Part shown: piece after piece, positions 51,161 to 59,417 of the stretch | How the letters are laid out: every line of letters starts with the position of its first letter | Position numbering within the stretch: the stretch's first letter is position 1 | Assembly: GCA_965198625.1 (NCBI GenBank) | Contig: OZ240667.1 | Location: 3,967,669-4,031,668 of the forward strand | From: an uncultured Granulicella sp. | Lineage (GTDB): Bacteria; Acidobacteriota; Terriglobia; Terriglobales; Acidobacteriaceae | DNA: 64,000 bases | Direction of reading: 5' to 3' | Translations under genes and position numbers: made by a program | The notes under the pieces: generated by a model | The model's database searches: none | What the model was told of the DNA's origin: nothing | What the model saw: the letters and a program-made list of their open reading frames with translations, nothing else

Positions 51161-51308
51161 GTCTGTTCTACCCCTCCTTTATCGTCTTTATCAGTTCTTT
51201 GACCGTTATGCCGTCATCCGCTCTTATCGCTTTGCATCCGTACTTTCGGCGTTAAGCCTTCCCCTGCAAAGCCCAGCCCGCCCAGGGGCTCCCGGTAAAC
51301 TAAAGCTC

Positions 51309-51761
51309 ATGACCTCCGAAACCCGCCTGCGCGTCCGTTACGCTGAAACCGACCAAATGGGCGTCGTCTACCACTCCAACTACTTCATCTGGTTTGAGGT
51401 CGGCCGCGTCGAGTTCATCCGCCAGCTTGGCCTCAACTACAGGACCATGGAGACCGAGCACAACGCCTTCATCGCCGTCGTCGAGGCCACCTGCCGCTAC
51501 AAATCCCCCGCCCGCTACGACGACGAGCTCATCGTCCGCACCCGCATCGGCGCCATCCGCGGCTCCGTCCTCCGCCTCCTCTACACCATCCACCGTCACG
51601 AGCCCGACGGCGGCTCCGTCCTGCTCTGCGAAGGCGCCACCACCCACCTCGTCGTCGATTCCGCCATGAAGCGCGCCCCCATGCCTCCGCTTTACGCCGA
51701 AGCCTTTCGCAACGCCCACGCCCGCACCCCCTCGCAAACCCCGCTCCCGGAGTCCGTCTAA
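51309..51761 (+). CDS. 4HBT/YbgC-family acyl-CoA thioesterase
   Basis: VRYAETDQMGVVYHSNY..WFEVGR, YKSPARYDD. Confidence 0.93.
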   Translation: MTSETRLRVRYAETDQMGVVYHSNYFIWFEVGRVEFIRQLGLNYRTMETEHNAFIAVVEATCRYKSPARYDDELIVRTRIGAIRGSVLRLLYTIHRHEPDGGSVLLCEGATTHLVVDSAMKRAPMPPLYAEAFRNAHARTPSQTPLPESV

Positions 51762-52625
51762 ATGGTCAAGATCATCGAGTGCCCGCGCGACGCCTGGCAG
51801 GGCCTGCCCCATCCCATCCCGCCCGAGACCAAAGCCGACTACCTCCGCACCCTAATCGCCGCCGGCTTCACCCACATCGATGCCGTCAGCTTCGTCTCTA
51901 AAACCGCCGTCCCGCAGATGGCCGACTCCGAACAGGTCCTCACCTACCTCGACCCGCCCGACGACGTAGAGATCATCGCCATCGTCGTCAACCCGAAAGG
52001 CGCCGAGCGCGCCATCCAGACCGAAGCCGTCTCCACCCTTGGCTTTCCTTACTCCATCTCTCCCGGCTTCCTGCAGCGCAACCAGAACCAGACCCCCGAG
52101 GAATCGCTCGAAGCTCTGGAAGCCGTCGGCACCCTGGCCTTCAAGGCCGGCCTCGACCTCGTCGCCTACATCTCCATGGCCTTCGGCAATCCCTACGGCG
52201 ACCTCTGGTCCGTCGACGAAGTCGCCGCCGCCTGCGACCTCCTCGCCGACTCCGGCGTCACCCAGATCTCGCTTGCTGATACCGTCGGCCTGGCCACTCC
52301 GCAGCTCGTCTCCTCGGTTCTCGATTCGGTCATGGCTGCCGCCGACGGCATTGAAGTAGGCGTGCACCTTCACTCCCGTCCCGACGCTGCCCCCGCGCTC
52401 ATCCAGGCCGCCTACCGCGCCGGCTGCCGCCGCTTCGACTCCGCCATCGGCGGCCTCGGCGGCTGCCCCTTCGCCCAGGATGTGCTCGTAGGCAATCTGC
52501 CCACCGAGCTCCTGCTCGCCGAGCTTACCCGCCTCGGCGCCGACCTGCCCAAGCTTCATCCCCTCACCAGCCTCATCGCCGCCACCCGCGAGATCGAACA
52601 GAAGTTCAGCGCCCACAAAGCCTAA
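51762..52625 (+). CDS. Hydroxymethylglutaryl-CoA lyase
   Basis: ECPRDAWQG, SFVS..VPQMAD, LADTVG, HLH, GGLGGCPFA, GNLPTE. Confidence 0.93.
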   Translation: MVKIIECPRDAWQGLPHPIPPETKADYLRTLIAAGFTHIDAVSFVSKTAVPQMADSEQVLTYLDPPDDVEIIAIVVNPKGAERAIQTEAVSTLGFPYSISPGFLQRNQNQTPEESLEALEAVGTLAFKAGLDLVAYISMAFGNPYGDLWSVDEVAAACDLLADSGVTQISLADTVGLATPQLVSSVLDSVMAAADGIEVGVHLHSRPDAAPALIQAAYRAGCRRFDSAIGGLGGCPFAQDVLVGNLPTELLLAELTRLGADLPKLHPLTSLIAATREIEQKFSAHKA

Positions 52626-52670
52626 CCTCGTTGACAACCGGGGTCTTGCCTCTCGAGTAAGAAGTTCGCT

Positions 52671-52811
52671 CCTGAACTTCACCTATCAACCCGCCCGCTT
52701 AGGACACCGTCCGGGCAACGTCGCTAGGGCCGAAGGCACGTCACATACCAGCCTGGGCCGAAGGCCTGGGTCCGACCGACAAGGCACCCGACGGCTGAAG
52801 GCCCGACACAT
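52671..52811 (+). repeat. REP-like dispersed element, copy 2
   Basis: CCTGAACTT..CCTATCAA..TAGGACACCG..GGGCAAC..AGGGCCGAAGGC..CAGCCTGGGCCGAAGGCCT..GGCTGAAGGCCCGAC. Confidence 0.85.
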
Positions 52812-52967
52812 CATGCCGGCGGCGCGACAACCGCGCCCACAGGATCTCGCCCCGCCCAACCCCCGCCTTCGCCGCAACCCTGATCTCCGGCACGAACCAC
52901 CCCTCCCAGGCTCTTTCCGTTTATAAAGGGTGCTACTCTACGCCCTTGCTCAACGAGAGGTTCCGCC

Positions 52968-54089
52968 ATGCGCTCCATTGCGTCTTTCCTGCTGTTCCTC
53001 ACGCTCCTCGCCGTCGCCGCGCCCGCGCAGAACCTGGCCTCGCCGGACTCCGCCCGCCTCCGCACCCTGGCTCACAATCTGCTCGCCACCGGCAGCCCCG
53101 AGGACGCGGCCCGCGCCGCCGATCTGCTCCAGAGAGCCTCCGAGATCGACGCCCGCGACGCCGAAACCCTGAAGAGCACCGCCGAGCGCAAGAAGCTCGA
53201 CAAGCCCGACAACTCCAACGCCCGCTGGACCACCCTGGCCACCGCCGCCACGCCGCTGCTCACCACCATGATCCTTGCCGGCACGCTCATCTTCCAGATC
53301 TTCCAGGCCCGCGTCGCGGAGCGCGAAAAGCGCGAGGACAGCGCCCGCCAGCAGGATCTCGACGAGAAGAAGCGGCTTGCCGACGCGCTCGAGCTGATCC
53401 AGAAATCGGAGGACTTCTCCCCCGCCGCCGCCCTCATCAACACCTTCAACACCGAGCCCTATCGCACCAACGCCCGCCACGTCGCCGCCGTCATCCTCCT
53501 CCGCTCGAAGACCATCGACAAGTTCACCGACCTCTTCACCTCCGTCTTCGATCCCGTCACCGAGCAGTCCCTGCCCGAGATCTTCGCCATCATGCGCTCC
53601 GTCGACGCCAACCTCAATCCCTTGCTCACGCTCACCTACAAGGCCGGCACGACCGATTTCAGTGCTCTTACCCCCACCCAGCTCACCGACTTCTACCTGC
53701 TGGTGGGCGAACGCGACTTCCTCTCCGCCCGCGTCGCTCCCGTGATCCGCCGCCTCAAGAGCGACAAGCCGCTCGACCTCCACCAGATCGGCCTCTCCAA
53801 CTGCGACCTCTCCGGCGCCGACCTGCACGGCGCCATCCTCTCCCCCGGCGCCTGGAACTTCATCAACGTCGATGGCTGCGACCTCTCAGGCATTAGCGAA
53901 TTCCAGTACACCGCCTTCTACAACACCTCCTGGTGGCACGCGGAGCGCATCGAGAAGGCGTTCCTCGACTACCTCAAAGCCAACCATCCTTACGTCCCCG
54001 GCTGGATGTACAACACCCGCCTTCCCGTCTCGCCCGACACCTACGCACAGAACCTCAGCCGCCTCGAAGCCCAGACCGGAACCTCCTGA
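52968..54089 (+). CDS. Membrane protein with a short pentapeptide-repeat region
   Basis: Signal peptide, internal TM, then LSNCDLSGADLHGAIL..GCDLSG; GAGAGG RBS. Confidence 0.75.
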   Translation: MRSIASFLLFLTLLAVAAPAQNLASPDSARLRTLAHNLLATGSPEDAARAADLLQRASEIDARDAETLKSTAERKKLDKPDNSNARWTTLATAATPLLTTMILAGTLIFQIFQARVAEREKREDSARQQDLDEKKRLADALELIQKSEDFSPAAALINTFNTEPYRTNARHVAAVILLRSKTIDKFTDLFTSVFDPVTEQSLPEIFAIMRSVDANLNPLLTLTYKAGTTDFSALTPTQLTDFYLLVGERDFLSARVAPVIRRLKSDKPLDLHQIGLSNCDLSGADLHGAILSPGAWNFINVDGCDLSGISEFQYTAFYNTSWWHAERIEKAFLDYLKANHPYVPGWMYNTRLPVSPDTYAQNLSRLEAQTGTS

Positions 54090-54227
54090 AAGAGCGTGCT
54101 GCAACTTCCCACGACATCCACACAGCTCCCCGCGCAGCACCATAAAATCACCACCGCGACACACCACAGTTTCGCGCCCAATCCGCCAGATCCACCGCCA
54201 AACGTCAAAAACCCCAGCAAAAACCTA

Positions 54228-54243
54228 TGTTCCACGTGGAACA
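54228..54243. promoter_or_regulatory. parS: parS centromere-like site
   Basis: Perfect 16-bp palindrome TGTTCCACGTGGAACA matching the conserved parS consensus; intergenic. Confidence 0.88.
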
Positions 54244-54271
54244 CTCCGCTCCCCACCACGCCAGCTTTTTC

Positions 54272-54559
54272 TCAACCTCTCTTCTTCCCGTCCCCCCACA
54301 AGCTCAGCGTGAACACCACGCAGCCTGCCCCGGCCAGCAGGCAGAGCGCCTGAACCACCCGTGGCTGACGCGGAAACCAGTACCTGCACGGCACCACCAC
54401 CTGCCGCGTTCCGCTCATCACGATCACATCCGCGGGAGCCTTCGTGTCCCCCTCAAGATAGGCCGAACAATCGTCCCGGCGCCCGCTCGCCCACGCCCAA
54501 AGCCCCAGCGCCAGCAGCAGCGTCAGCAGGAACGAGAAGATCGTTCGCCGCGAGATCAC
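54272..54559 (-). CDS. Small two-TM hypothetical protein
   Basis: GTG overlaps the upstream TGA (GTGA); two hydrophobic helices flank a Cys-containing loop. Confidence 0.55.
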   Translation of the reverse strand: MISRRTIFSFLLTLLLALGLWAWASGRRDDCSAYLEGDTKAPADVIVMSGTRQVVVPCRYWFPRQPRVVQALCLLAGAGCVVFTLSLWGDGKKRG

Positions 54560-56274
54560 GTCTGGATCGCACCCACGTTGAACTTCGCTACCTCCGGGTT
54601 CAGAGAACACGCCTCCAGCGCGAGCATCAGCACCTCGCGCGTCTTCGCCGGGTCGATGATCGCGTCAATCCACAGCCGCGCCGCCCCGTAGCGCGGATCG
54701 GCCGCCTGATCGTAGCCGTCCTTGATCTCCTGCCAGATCGCCTGTTTGCGCGCCTCGTCCAGTACCTCGCCCGACCGTTCCATCTGCTTCGCCCGAACCT
54801 CCGCGAGCGTATTGGCCGCTGCCGCCCCGCCCATCACCGCGTAGCGCGCCGTCGGCCAGGCGAACAGGAACCGCGGATCGAACGCCTTGCCGCACATCGC
54901 GTAGTGTCCCGCGCCGAAGCTTCCGCCTACGATCACCGAGATCTTCGGCACGACACTGGTCGACACCGCGCTGACCATCTTCGCCCCCGCGCGGATGATC
55001 CCGCTCCACTCCGCATCCTTGCCCACCATGAAGCCGTTCACGTCGTGCAGAAAGATCAGCGGCACCAGGCCCTGGTTGCAGTCCATGATGAACCGCGCCG
55101 CCTTCTGCGCCGCCTCGGTGTAGATCACGCCGCCTACCTCGATGCGCTTGGTTCCGGCCATCGGACCCATGGCGACGGTCTGCATCTGGTTGATCTTCTG
55201 GTTCGCGACGATTCCTACCGCGCGTCCGCCGATCCGACCATACCCGCACACCAGCGTTCGCCCGAACTCCGCCTTGTACTCATCGAACTCGCTGCGATCG
55301 AGGATGCGCGCGATGACCTCGCGCATGTCGTACACGTTGCTCGCGCCTGGCCCCGGGTCAATGAACCCGTAAAGCTCTTCGGCTGGATAGCGCGGCGCAT
55401 CCACCGCGGGGTCATAGTCCGTGACCGAGAACGGCGCTTTCGGCCGCTCGCCCATTTTGCCCACCAGAGAACGCAGGCGCTGCAGGCAGGACTCATCGTT
55501 CGGCTCCTTGAAATCGACTGTGCCGGACACCTCCGCATGCATTGCCGCGCCGCCCAACTCTTCCGCCGGCGTCTTCTGCCCGATTGCGGCCTGCACCAGC
55601 GCCGGGCCTGCAAGGAAGAGCCCCGACCCCTCGGTCATCAGCACAGCGTCGGTCATCACCGGCAGGTACGCCCCGCCGGCCACGCACATGCCCATGATCG
55701 CGGTGATCTGCGGCACCCCCAGCGAGCTCATCACCGCGTTGTTGCGGAACACCCGCCCGAAGTCGTCCTGATCCGGAAACACCTCCTCCTGGAGCGGCAG
55801 AAAAACCCCGCTCGAATCCACCAGGTAGAGCGTCGGGATCCGGTTTTCGAGCGCAATTGCCTGCGCGCGCAGCACTTTTTTAGCTGTCATCGGGAAGAAC
55901 GCTCCCGCCTTCACGGTCGCATCGTTGGCGACGATCATGCACAGCCGCCCCTGCACCCGGCCGATGCCGGCTACAACTCCCGCGCCCGGAGCGCCGCCCC
56001 ACTCCTCGTACATACCGTGCGCTGCCCACAGCCCAAGCTCCATCAACTCCGTGCCTGCATCCGACAGCAGCGCAATCCGCTCCCGGGCCGTCAGCCGCCC
56101 CTTGGCGCGCTGCGCGTCCGCTGCCTTCTTTCCGCCGCCCTCCCGGATCACTGCTTGCTGCGCGGAGATCTCCGCCACCAGCGCCTTCACCGCCCTGCTA
56201 TTCGCCGTGGCCTTCGCTGCTCCACTGTCGAGCTTGCTCTCTATCGCGTTGCTGTACTTTGCTGTCTCTGCCAT
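54556..56274 (-). CDS. Acyl-CoA carboxylase carboxyltransferase subunit (methylcrotonyl-CoA carboxylase beta / LiuB-like)
   Basis: ANDATVKAGA, DSSGVFLPLQ, GMCVAGGAY, GFMVG, GGSFGAG.YAMCG. Confidence 0.92.
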   Translation of the reverse strand: MAETAKYSNAIESKLDSGAAKATANSRAVKALVAEISAQQAVIREGGGKKAADAQRAKGRLTARERIALLSDAGTELMELGLWAAHGMYEEWGGAPGAGVVAGIGRVQGRLCMIVANDATVKAGAFFPMTAKKVLRAQAIALENRIPTLYLVDSSGVFLPLQEEVFPDQDDFGRVFRNNAVMSSLGVPQITAIMGMCVAGGAYLPVMTDAVLMTEGSGLFLAGPALVQAAIGQKTPAEELGGAAMHAEVSGTVDFKEPNDESCLQRLRSLVGKMGERPKAPFSVTDYDPAVDAPRYPAEELYGFIDPGPGASNVYDMREVIARILDRSEFDEYKAEFGRTLVCGYGRIGGRAVGIVANQKINQMQTVAMGPMAGTKRIEVGGVIYTEAAQKAARFIMDCNQGLVPLIFLHDVNGFMVGKDAEWSGIIRAGAKMVSAVSTSVVPKISVIVGGSFGAGHYAMCGKAFDPRFLFAWPTARYAVMGGAAAANTLAEVRAKQMERSGEVLDEARKQAIWQEIKDGYDQAADPRYGAARLWIDAIIDPAKTREVLMLALEACSLNPEVAKFNVGAIQT

Positions 56275-56419
56275 CCCCGGCCTTTCTCTCGATTCACTGG
56301 ATAACGATACCTCCTTCCTGCGAGCGGCAGCTTCGTGATATCAATCACCTGACGGCAGCTCGTACGCGCGCAAAATCTCAACCCGACAAAGAACGCCTGC
56401 CATCTCAGCAGAGTTTCCC

Positions 56420-57802
56420 ATGAAGTTTCCAGCTATTGCGCTTCTCTTCTTTGCGACGGCAGTTCGTGCGCTCTCGGCGCAGGACACGCGCACGGTCACC
56501 GAGCCAACCATCCCGGCCGCCTGTACCACGCTGGAAGCACGCCTGCACCGCGCGGGCTCGACCCTTGCCGCCGCCGACGAGCGGAAACTCGACACGCCAC
56601 GTATCCAGGCCGCGCTCGACGCCTGCCCCAAAAACCAGTCCGTCGTCCTCCACGTGGGCGCCGGCGGCGCAGACGCGTTTCTGGCCGGCCCGCTTGAGCT
56701 GCGTGACTCGGTGGCGCTCGTGGTCGACCGCGGGGTGACCCTGTTCGCCTCGCGTGACCCAGAGCTCTTCGCCATGACGCCCGGCCAGTGCGGCGTGCTG
56801 CTGGAACATGGCCGCGGCTGCAAACCGCTGCTTTCCGCACAGCACATCGCTCACGCGGCGGTGATGGGCGAGGGCGCGATCGACGGGCGCGGCGGCGAGA
56901 AGTACCTGGACCGGGCTGTCTCCGCCTGGGATCTCGCCGAGCAGGCCCGCGCCGGCGGATCGCAGTCCGTCTCGCGCATCCTCGTCGCGGATGACGCGAA
57001 CGACTTCACGCTCTACCGGATCACGCTCAAGAACTCTCCAAACTTCCACGTGGTCTACAACCACGGCGACGGGTTCACGGTGTGGGGCCTGCGCATCGAA
57101 ACGCCGCAGCGCCTCGCGCGCAACACCGATGGCGTCGACCCCGGCAACGGCAGCAAGAACATCACGATCACCCGCTCTTTCATCCGGACCGGTGACGACA
57201 ACGTCGCGATCAAGGGCGGCCCCGGCGGCGTCACCAATGTGACCGTCGCCCACAACCACTTCTACTGGGGCCACGGCATGTCCATCGGGTCGGAGACCGA
57301 CGGAGGAGTGTCGGCGATCAGGGTCACAGACCTGTCGCTCGACGGGCCGGACAATGGGATCCGCATCAAGTCCAACGGCTCCCGCGGCGGGCTCACGCGC
57401 GACGTGATCTACGACGACGTCTGCGTGCGCAACTCACCCAACCCCATCACGCTGGACACGGGCTACACCGCCGCCGGCACCGTCCGCGGCGATTCGCCGC
57501 CCGTGATGCGGGACATCACCCTCACCAACATCCGCCTCTCCGGCGGAGGCAAAATCTCCTTCAACGGCTACGACGAGAGCCACCGTGTGGCGGCCGTGCT
57601 CTCAAACGTGCTCCTCACCGATCCGGCCGCCGCCTATACCTACTCAGTGCACCATGCCGACCTGCGCGTCGGCTCCGGCCCGGTCAATCTGCAGTTCCCC
57701 ACGGCGCCGCCTACGTTCGCGGACAGCACAGTCCAGGGCGCGGCGCACAGCGGAACAGCCGCTCCGTGCGCGGAGAAGTTCGTGCCGTTCCCGGTGCAAT
57801 AG
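56420..57802 (+). CDS. Glycoside hydrolase family 28 (polygalacturonase-like), secreted
   Basis: NTDG, GDD, GHG, RIK motifs. Confidence 0.95.
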   Translation: MKFPAIALLFFATAVRALSAQDTRTVTEPTIPAACTTLEARLHRAGSTLAAADERKLDTPRIQAALDACPKNQSVVLHVGAGGADAFLAGPLELRDSVALVVDRGVTLFASRDPELFAMTPGQCGVLLEHGRGCKPLLSAQHIAHAAVMGEGAIDGRGGEKYLDRAVSAWDLAEQARAGGSQSVSRILVADDANDFTLYRITLKNSPNFHVVYNHGDGFTVWGLRIETPQRLARNTDGVDPGNGSKNITITRSFIRTGDDNVAIKGGPGGVTNVTVAHNHFYWGHGMSIGSETDGGVSAIRVTDLSLDGPDNGIRIKSNGSRGGLTRDVIYDDVCVRNSPNPITLDTGYTAAGTVRGDSPPVMRDITLTNIRLSGGGKISFNGYDESHRVAAVLSNVLLTDPAAAYTYSVHHADLRVGSGPVNLQFPTAPPTFADSTVQGAAHSGTAAPCAEKFVPFPVQ

Positions 57803-57966
57803 CCCGCGGCGTGAAGCTGTGGAGGCAAGGCGGTCTTCGGACGCGGCAGGGCAGGGAGTATCATTTTGGCTGTGGGCTCGTCTAAATCGTGGAAGCATCG
57901 TGGAAGCACGATGCTGGAAGCCACCCTGCCCCTGAACGTAACTCCCTGGAGAAGATTTCGCCGCTT

Positions 57967-59208
57967 ATGCCAAAGACCTCGAAGATCCTGTTGCTGGTGG
58001 TGTCGGTTGTGCTGGTGCTGACGGTGTTCCTGGGGATGCACGCGAACCCGGTGAGCGCGGCTTCGGAGCAGGACGGGGCGTACCGGCAGGTGAGCGTGTA
58101 CAGCGAGGTGCTGCGGCACATCCAGTCCGATTACGTCTCAGAGCCGGATATCCCGGCGGTAACGAACGGCGCGCTGCGCGGGCTGCTGGAGTCGCTGGAC
58201 GCGGACTCGAGCTATCTGACGCCCGCAGATTACAAGACCTACAAGGCGGATAAGGCAAAGGGCGAAGGCAAGGCGCAGATCGGGATGATCGTATCGAAAC
58301 GCTTCGGGTATGCGACCGTGGTGTCGGTGCTGCCGGGTGGGCCGGCGGACAAGGCGAACCTGGTGGACGGGGACATCCTGGAGGCGATCAATGGCGTGGA
58401 CACGCGGGATCTGTCGCTGGCGATGATCGAGGTGATGCTGGAAGGCGCGCCAGGCTCGCAGGTGTCGGTTTCGGTCGTGCGGCCGCGCAAGGCGGTGCCG
58501 GACAAGATCACCATGACGCGCACGGTGGTGACGCCACCGCCGGTGAGCGAGACGCTGTATGAGAACTCGACCATCCTTTACCTGAAGCCGGTGGTGCTGG
58601 ATCACGACCACGTGCAGATGGTGGAGGCGAAGCTGAGGGCTGCGGAGAAGACCGGCAACAAGAAGGTGCTGCTCGATTTGCGGGACGTTGCATCAGGGGA
58701 CATGACAGAGGCGACGCGGCTGGCCAACTTCTTCATCAAGAGCGGCACGATTGCGACGCTTGAAGGGCAGCGAGTGGAGAAGGTGACGTATACGGCTGAT
58801 CCGTCGAAGGTGCTGGACCCGACGACCCCCATGGTGGTGCTGGTGAACCGCGGGACGGCGGGGCCGGGCGAGCTGGTGGCGGCGGCGCTGCTGGACGACA
58901 AGCGCGCGGAGCTGGTGGGGGAAAAGACGTTCGGCGAGGGCGCGCAGCAGAAGACGTTTGAGCTGCCGGACGGCGCGGCGCTGATCCTGTCAGTGGCGAA
59001 GTACGGGTCGCCCTCGGGCAAGAAGCTGCAGGATGATGGGGTAACTCCGGGCGTGCTGGTGGCGGGTAACTTCGACGACCAGGCGGCGCAGGAGGAAGAG
59101 GACAATGAGACTCCGAATGCGACGGCGACTCAGCCGGCGAAGCCCTCGGCGCAGGTCGACGACCAGCTGTCAAAGGGGCTGGAACTGCTGAAGGCGAAGG
59201 CCGCCTGA
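57967..59208 (+). CDS. S41/CtpA-like PDZ protein with substituted catalytic residues
   Basis: N-terminal TM/signal, PDZ (GGPADKA..GD.L.AING), LLDLR, VLVNRGTAGPGE, GEKTFGEG, GVTP. Confidence 0.85.
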   Translation: MPKTSKILLLVVSVVLVLTVFLGMHANPVSAASEQDGAYRQVSVYSEVLRHIQSDYVSEPDIPAVTNGALRGLLESLDADSSYLTPADYKTYKADKAKGEGKAQIGMIVSKRFGYATVVSVLPGGPADKANLVDGDILEAINGVDTRDLSLAMIEVMLEGAPGSQVSVSVVRPRKAVPDKITMTRTVVTPPPVSETLYENSTILYLKPVVLDHDHVQMVEAKLRAAEKTGNKKVLLDLRDVASGDMTEATRLANFFIKSGTIATLEGQRVEKVTYTADPSKVLDPTTPMVVLVNRGTAGPGELVAAALLDDKRAELVGEKTFGEGAQQKTFELPDGAALILSVAKYGSPSGKKLQDDGVTPGVLVAGNFDDQAAQEEEDNETPNATATQPAKPSAQVDDQLSKGLELLKAKAA

Positions 59209-59234
59209 GCTAGGGCGCGCGGGAAATCGAGCCT

Positions 59235-59297
59235 TACCTCCCCCTCCCCCTCGAAGTATCCAAAGTATTCAAAACAAAATACTTAAGTCTGGACTTC
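59235..59297 (+). repeat. AT-rich dispersed intergenic motif, copy B
   Basis: C-run then CAAAGTATTCAAAACAAAATACTTAAGTCTGGACT; internal inverted repeat AAGTATT-N8-AATACTT. Confidence 0.55.
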
Positions 59298-59417
59298 GGT
59301 CTTTGGGCTCAACACGGGTAGTGCTCGGATCCAGAGGTGCCGGGGCACGCGACGGATGGGAGTTGTGGGCATTTCTCTACCCGCTGCCGGGCCGCCGCCG
59401 TGCTATCGTGGGAGGCT

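Noticed and set aside
56275-56419. oriC DnaA-box cluster in the skew-switch zone
   Set aside because: Only one weak match (ACTGGATAA) and no AT-rich unwinding element, so an origin cannot be placed here from sequence.
59250-59290. dif site
   Set aside because: Palindromic and AT-rich but lacks the XerD arm TTATGTTAAAT, and the skew polarity plus parS argue against a terminus.
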